Shown here: one piece after another, positions 59,407 through 64,000 of the stretch
Layout: the number at the start of each line of letters is the position of its first letter
How positions within the stretch are numbered: the first letter of the stretch is position 1
Source of the DNA: Spirochaetia bacterium
GTDB lineage: Bacteria > Spirochaetota > Spirochaetia > SP-2023
Length of the DNA stretch: 64,000 bases
NCBI GenBank assembly: GCA_965263295.1
Contig: OZ253665.1
Location: 928,001-992,000 of the forward strand
Reading direction: 5' to 3'
Translations under genes and position numbers: made by a program
The notes under the pieces: generated by a model
What the model was told of the DNA's origin: nothing
Seen by the model: only the letters and a program-made list of their open reading frames with translations
Databases searched by the model: none

Positions 59407-60630
59407 ATGTTACGCAAAATTCTTTTGCCCTTAGTTTTGCTACAGTTAGCAGCTGCGCTGTACGCCAAAGATGAAATCTGGATTGATTTTGGAGCTTTGC
59501 CTTCTGGCTATATGCCTGCAGGTGGTTCTTATATCCGTCAGTATGATCCCGCCCCTATTGCGGAAGATGACGATACTGTAGTGGATTACTCCAACGTTTA
59601 TGATCCGTTTAGCCGTGCATCGCAGAATCTTCTGCCCAGCCGTTTTTCAGACCAGACGGCCCAAAATGGCAACCAGGCTTACGACGAAATGAAACTTTCT
59701 CTGGCTCTTGATCGCTGGCAGATTAAGCTTTCGGGTTCTTCAAGTTTCCAGGACACTCAAACCAGCACTCAGGTTCACGCTTACAAAGTCAAGGATTCTT
59801 CCAGCCGTTTTGCCGGCGAGCAAATCATGGCCGCTCATTTTTCTTTGCCCAAACTATCTGTAAACTCCAAAGTCTGGATTACTCCCGAATTCGCAATTCC
59901 TGCTTATTCAGTCGCCCCGAGTACCGACATCCAGGAATCCGTTAATAAATCGGCTATGGAACGGATGGGGCAGTTCCTTCACAAAGGAGTTCTGCGCAAC
60001 GTAGGTCCCATTCGCTCAATTACTGCGACTGTTTATGGTCGCCGTTTCCCGTTGGACTTGACTATTGAGGCCGATCATACGGACAAAGGCAGTCGCGAAT
60101 ACAACATGGGTAGACTGCAATTTTCCGGCTGGCAAGATCTAGTCTGGACCAATCCGAACTACACCATTGATGTTCGCAAGCGCAATTACAACACTAACCC
60201 TGAATATCCGCGCGGTATGCCTTCTATGATCTTGCGCGCTCTGCGCTTGGATCGCTCTCTCCACTCCGTTAGTGAAGGATCATCTCAGGTCGTATTTTAT
60301 ATCAAGCAAATATCCGTTGTTTATGATGACTCTATCTCTGAAACTTTTGATTCTGAAATTGACGATGAACAGATTTGGCAATTGAATACAGTGAACTCTC
60401 AATTGCACAGTTATGACCAGGCTCTCCAGTCCCGCATTAATACTGTAGATCGATATCTTGAACTGCAAGATCGTCATCCTGCTTTTACGGCTCAGGAGAC
60501 TACTGATGGCGGGAATGCAGCTCCTGAAGTTGGTGGCGAAAACGCAGCTCCTGAAGCTGGTGGCGAAAACGCAGCTCCTGAGGCTGGTGGCGAAAACGCA
60601 GCTCCTGAGGCTGAACCTGCTGCCAACTAA
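59407..60630 (+). CDS. flaA: Flagellar filament outer layer (sheath) protein FlaA
   Basis: Signal peptide; IDF, MKLSL...W, P.FAIPAY, GVLRNVGPIRSI..TVYG, MG.L.F.GW..L.W.NPNY, FYIK.I.V.YD. AAGGAG RBS. Confidence 0.88.
   Translation: MLRKILLPLVLLQLAAALYAKDEIWIDFGALPSGYMPAGGSYIRQYDPAPIAEDDDTVVDYSNVYDPFSRASQNLLPSRFSDQTAQNGNQAYDEMKLSLALDRWQIKLSGSSSFQDTQTSTQVHAYKVKDSSSRFAGEQIMAAHFSLPKLSVNSKVWITPEFAIPAYSVAPSTDIQESVNKSAMERMGQFLHKGVLRNVGPIRSITATVYGRRFPLDLTIEADHTDKGSREYNMGRLQFSGWQDLVWTNPNYTIDVRKRNYNTNPEYPRGMPSMILRALRLDRSLHSVSEGSSQVVFYIKQISVVYDDSISETFDSEIDDEQIWQLNTVNSQLHSYDQALQSRINTVDRYLELQDRHPAFTAQETTDGGNAAPEVGGENAAPEAGGENAAPEAGGENAAPEAEPAAN
60508..60612 (+). repeat. 27-bp coding repeat (GGENAAPEA x3 plus one degenerate copy) at the FlaA C-terminus
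   Basis: Units start at 60532, 60559 and 60586. Confidence 0.9.
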
Positions 60631-60701
60631 AAGCTAGCAAAAAAACCAGCCGTTTAGCAAGGAGGCGTAAGGCAGGTTTCTTTGTATCTAACTCTTAGGG
60701 C

Positions 60702-60736
60702 AAAAAAGGCACTCTCATTATGAGGGTGCCTTTTTT
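60702..60736 (+). terminator. Intrinsic terminator of flaA
   Basis: aaaaaaggcactctca-tta-tgagggtgcctttttt. Confidence 0.85.
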
Positions 60737-60782
60737 GCTGCTTTGTCCTCCTACGTTCAGACTTTGTAACTTTGCATGAAAA

Positions 60783-61107
60783 GGGAACCACGAAAGGCAC
60801 GAAAGACGGCGAAAAGGCACGAAATTTAGGCGGGGGAGCCGCGGGTGGCACGATGGGGAGCTGCGGGTAACCGGGAAGCTTTAAAGGGAACCACGAAGGG
60901 CACGAAGACGGCGAAAGAGGGACCACGAAAGTGCACGAAAGACGGCGAAAAGGCACGAAATTTAGGCGGGGGAGCCGCGGGTGGCACGATGGGGAGCTGC
61001 GGGGGGCGTCCAGGCGGATGGGCTCTTTAGAATTTTAGAATTTTTCGTGTTGTTTTGTATTTTTTTAGTGTTTTTCGTGGTTACTTGGCCAGAGTCTCTG
61101 AAGGGGA
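60783..61107 (-). repeat. Modular intergenic repeat cluster 6
   Basis: Reverse-orientation ladders with an internal duplicated segment of about 70 bp. Confidence 0.92.
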
Positions 61108-61142
61108 AAGGCGAAAATATTTTGTAAAATATTTTAAAATAC

Positions 61143-61171
61143 TTGTCAAAGTTGGTTTGGGGCTATATACT
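61143..61171 (+). promoter_or_regulatory. Sigma70 promoter of the Ig-like lipoprotein gene
   Basis: TTGTCA-N17-TATACT. Confidence 0.7.
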
Positions 61172-61300
61172 AGAAATGTTCTAGGTGCTTCTATTGGCAA
61201 GTTTGCCCGTGCCTGCGAACCATTATTATTATTTTCTATTTCATATCGTTCCTCATTTAAAATTTTTAGCCCACATTCTTTTTGTAAGGAGGATACAGAT

Positions 61301-63049
61301 ATGTCATCTGACCTAATTTTTAAACGGCTCTTTGCCGTCAGCTTCGCGCTTTTGGCCCTGTTTGTTTGGGGTTGTGAGGATTCATCCGATTCGGACTCTG
61401 GGCCCAAAACATTAATAGACCTGGACTCAAGGAGACTTGAGCAGGCCGGGGAATTTGAATTTTTTATTGATTCCTTTATGAAGGACGAACACATCGTCTT
61501 GCAAGACGGCGAGCTGGCCGCGCAGGAGCTGGCCGATTTTTGGGCTGACGTGGCCGTGCGCTGGGGTCTGCGCCAGAAAATGGCAGACAGTGAGGCGACA
61601 GATGAAGCCGCCGAAAATTCAGAAGCTGAAGCAAGCGCCTCTGAAGATTCTGCTGAGACTGCGGATGAAATTCCCGAAACTTTCTGGCTGCAGCGGAGTG
61701 AAAATTACAATGATGAGGGCGATGCCACTGAATATCAGATCACGGCCGCAGAGGGTGAAAAACAATTTTTTGTCCTCGATGCTCAAGATTGGAAAGATAA
61801 TTTGCCCGATCATTTTCCCGTTGAATGGTCCAATATTTCCGCCGGTGAATTAGAGGTGGTGGTTGAAGCTTTCTTGGCCACCCAAACTGCCGAAGGGCAA
61901 TTCCAGGCCACGGCCAGCATTGAGCTGCCCGCAGAATTCTCGACGGATGTGGCCGCGCCGCTGAGCTTTACGCGGCCGACGGTTGGGGACTCTGGCACGG
62001 CCAGGGTGGGCCAGGATATTGAGTTTGCGGTGAATGTGAGCGACGAGGAATCACCGGAATCAAGTGTCTTTGAATATCTGTGGGAGTACCAGGCCCCTGG
62101 GGCTGGCGACTGGACGCTAGGCGCGCAGACAGAGGCTTTTACGCTGGCAACGCAGGGTTTTGAAGCAAGTGAGGATCCGTATCAAGTGCGGGTGACGGTC
62201 ACGGATGAGGACGGCAGCAGTGCCGAAGCAACCTACCGCTTGACCCTGCAGGCCAACCATGCGCCGAGGCCAACGTTTGATGAAGATGGGACGACGGTTG
62301 CAGAGGATGAATGGTTTCATCTTGCGGATATAAATACTGGCACGCCGCAGACCTTCATTGTTCAAGGTAATGACGAAGATGGTGGTGAGCTGACCTACCG
62401 CTGGGAGGTCAATGGAGTGGAGCAGGAAGGCGAAACAGGCCCGGAAGCAAGCCTGACCTTGTACTCGCCGCTAAAGGGTTTGAGTCAGGAGAAGATTGAA
62501 GCGATGAGCACCGATGAGCGCCACAAGTTGGTGGTAAAAGTAACGGTGACGGATGACATGGGGGAGGAAGCTCCGATATCTCGAACGCTGTACGTGAACG
62601 TGGTGCCGACGACGACGCTAGAGTTTGATTCTGAGATATCTTCATCTCATGAAGGTGGTACTTTTTTTATGAATGCTCTTGAACCGTCTGGTGACGATTA
62701 TTACTTTTTCATAGAAAATTTGCGTTTGAATGTGGTCGCTGAGGACATGGATGGCGATAGTAATGGTGGGTGGATTACGTGGGAATGGAAGCTCAATAAT
62801 CGCGATCTAGATTTAGACATAGGCAATTTCGCTCAGACCGTGATGCCTGATTTATATAACTCATATTTTATTTCTGTGAGATATGAGTTACTGCAGGAGA
62901 TTGAAGAGGAGCAGAATGGTGCTGACCCCATTAAATTGGAGTTTGCGATAACGGCAATAGATGAAGATGGCGGACGGAGTAGACCCGTAATGCGAACGTA
63001 TTACTTGCATCTCTACCGCGAGGGCGAGGGCGCTAATGGGGAAGACTAG
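61301..63049 (+). CDS. Highly acidic lipoprotein with tandem PKD/Ig-like domains
   Basis: AAGGAGG RBS; lipobox LFVWG-C; repeated pattern D.DG..L.Y.W...V.VTVTD.DG. Confidence 0.8.
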   Translation: MSSDLIFKRLFAVSFALLALFVWGCEDSSDSDSGPKTLIDLDSRRLEQAGEFEFFIDSFMKDEHIVLQDGELAAQELADFWADVAVRWGLRQKMADSEATDEAAENSEAEASASEDSAETADEIPETFWLQRSENYNDEGDATEYQITAAEGEKQFFVLDAQDWKDNLPDHFPVEWSNISAGELEVVVEAFLATQTAEGQFQATASIELPAEFSTDVAAPLSFTRPTVGDSGTARVGQDIEFAVNVSDEESPESSVFEYLWEYQAPGAGDWTLGAQTEAFTLATQGFEASEDPYQVRVTVTDEDGSSAEATYRLTLQANHAPRPTFDEDGTTVAEDEWFHLADINTGTPQTFIVQGNDEDGGELTYRWEVNGVEQEGETGPEASLTLYSPLKGLSQEKIEAMSTDERHKLVVKVTVTDDMGEEAPISRTLYVNVVPTTTLEFDSEISSSHEGGTFFMNALEPSGDDYYFFIENLRLNVVAEDMDGDSNGGWITWEWKLNNRDLDLDIGNFAQTVMPDLYNSYFISVRYELLQEIEEEQNGADPIKLEFAITAIDEDGGRSRPVMRTYYLHLYREGEGANGED

Positions 63050-63158
63050 AATGAAATGAGAGCCATTGCGTTCAACTATGTAATAATCATGGAAGGGATC
63101 TAGGCATCGTAGTCAATCAAGCGTGAGTGACGGCAGCCTATGCTCAATTTTTTCATCC

Positions 63159-63543
63159 GGGACCACGAAAGAGGAACCACGAAAAGCACGAAGACGGCGA
63201 AAGAGGGACCACAAAAGGCACGAAGACGGCGAAAAGGCACGAAATTTAGGCTGGGGAGCCGCGGGTGGCAGGGAGGCAGGCGCGGCGCTTTAGAATTTTT
63301 CGTGTCGTTTCGTACTTTTTTAGTGTTTTTCGTGGTTACTTGGCCCGGAACCACGAAAGGCACGAAGACGGCGAAAAGGCACGAAATTTAGGCTGGGGAG
63401 CCGCGGGTGGCAGGGAGGCAGGCGCGGCGCTTTAGAATTTTTCGTGTCGTTTCGTACTTTTTTAGTGTTTTTCGTGGTTACTTGGCCCGGGGACCACGAA
63501 AAGCACGAAAGAGGGCGAAAGGTCACGAAAGTTAGACAGGGGA
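63159..63543 (-). repeat. Modular intergenic repeat cluster 7 with an exact 135-bp duplication
   Basis: 63214-63348 is identical to 63356-63490 (period 142 bp). Confidence 0.95.
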
Positions 63544-63657
63544 AAGCGGAAACCGCACCCGGAAAATCAGTAAAAACGGCTGCAAATTTCTGCAATTTTT
63601 TTTCAAACTTAAACGCCCCACATCCACCCTTTGAAAGCCCTAAATACAAGGCATCCT

Positions 63658-64000
63658 TCAACTTTTCTGCACAATTCCTGCTTTTTCATTCTCCATGCCC
63701 CCCACATCATTGCAACGATAAAACTCAGCAATTCGTTGCACTATCGCTGTCGTATTGCCGGGATGAAATTCTTCACGCGACGGCAGATGTTTTAAAAAGG
63801 TCAATTGCCTTTTGGCGTAATTACGACTATTTTGCTGGATTTTGCCCAGGAGCTCTTCTTTGGAAGACCCTTGATTCAGAAAGAATTCTCGGTATCCAAT
63901 TCCCTGCATACCAGGATCTGCAATAGTATATCCCATATTTTGTATATCATTTATCTCTTGCTCTAGCCCTTGCGCAAACATCAACTGAACGCGCAAGTTA
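63658..64000 (-). CDS. miaA: tRNA dimethylallyltransferase, C-terminal part
   Basis: RVQLMFAQGLEQE, GIGYRE and SRNYAKRQLTF; 5' end lies beyond the window. Confidence 0.88.
   Translation of the reverse strand, partial: NLRVQLMFAQGLEQEINDIQNMGYTIADPGMQGIGYREFFLNQGSSKEELLGKIQQNSRNYAKRQLTFLKHLPSREEFHPGNTTAIVQRIAEFYRCNDVGGMENEKAGIVQKS

Noticed and set aside
61055..61300. N-terminal extension of the Ig-like lipoprotein ORF
   Set aside because: It starts inside the repeat and spans the promoter. ATG 61301 has AAGGAGG and a proper signal peptide.
63159..63543. Ladder clusters as CRISPR arrays or integron attC sites
   Set aside because: There are no unique spacers between constant repeats, no cas or intI gene in the window, and no RYYYAAC/GTTRRRY ends.

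Overview
This is a bacterial chromosomal window, almost certainly from a spirochaete. It has a flaA flagellar sheath gene, spirochaete-type lipoboxes and several hypotheticals that look spirochaete-restricted. The centre (about 5.5-53.8 kb) is mostly housekeeping: queuosine-precursor transporter, ruvC, M23/SLT/RlpA peptidoglycan enzymes, murD, serA, ilvD, a nucleoside ABC transporter, cheR/cheB, an RluA-family synthase, yggS, an M18 aminopeptidase, def/fmt, mutL, three tRNAs and one decayed IS5-family element. The two ends carry accessory genes: pectin-type ogl + GH105, a lipoprotein with 40 SEDQP repeats, a CobW zinc GTPase and an acidic Ig-like lipoprotein, alongside glgA, flaA and partial miaA. 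The most striking unexplained structure is a modular intergenic repeat family with 7 clusters and 2 relics. Its unit is about 130-140 bp: an AACCACGAA ladder, a GC-rich core, and an inverted TTCGTGGTT ladder, with the TTCG/CGAA motifs phased about every 10 bp. The clusters sit at the borders of the accessory genes and are essentially absent from the housekeeping block, which suggests a repeat-bounded gene-cassette or MITE-like system. No recombinase for it is visible in this window. All product calls come from motif recognition by eye; no database searches were run.
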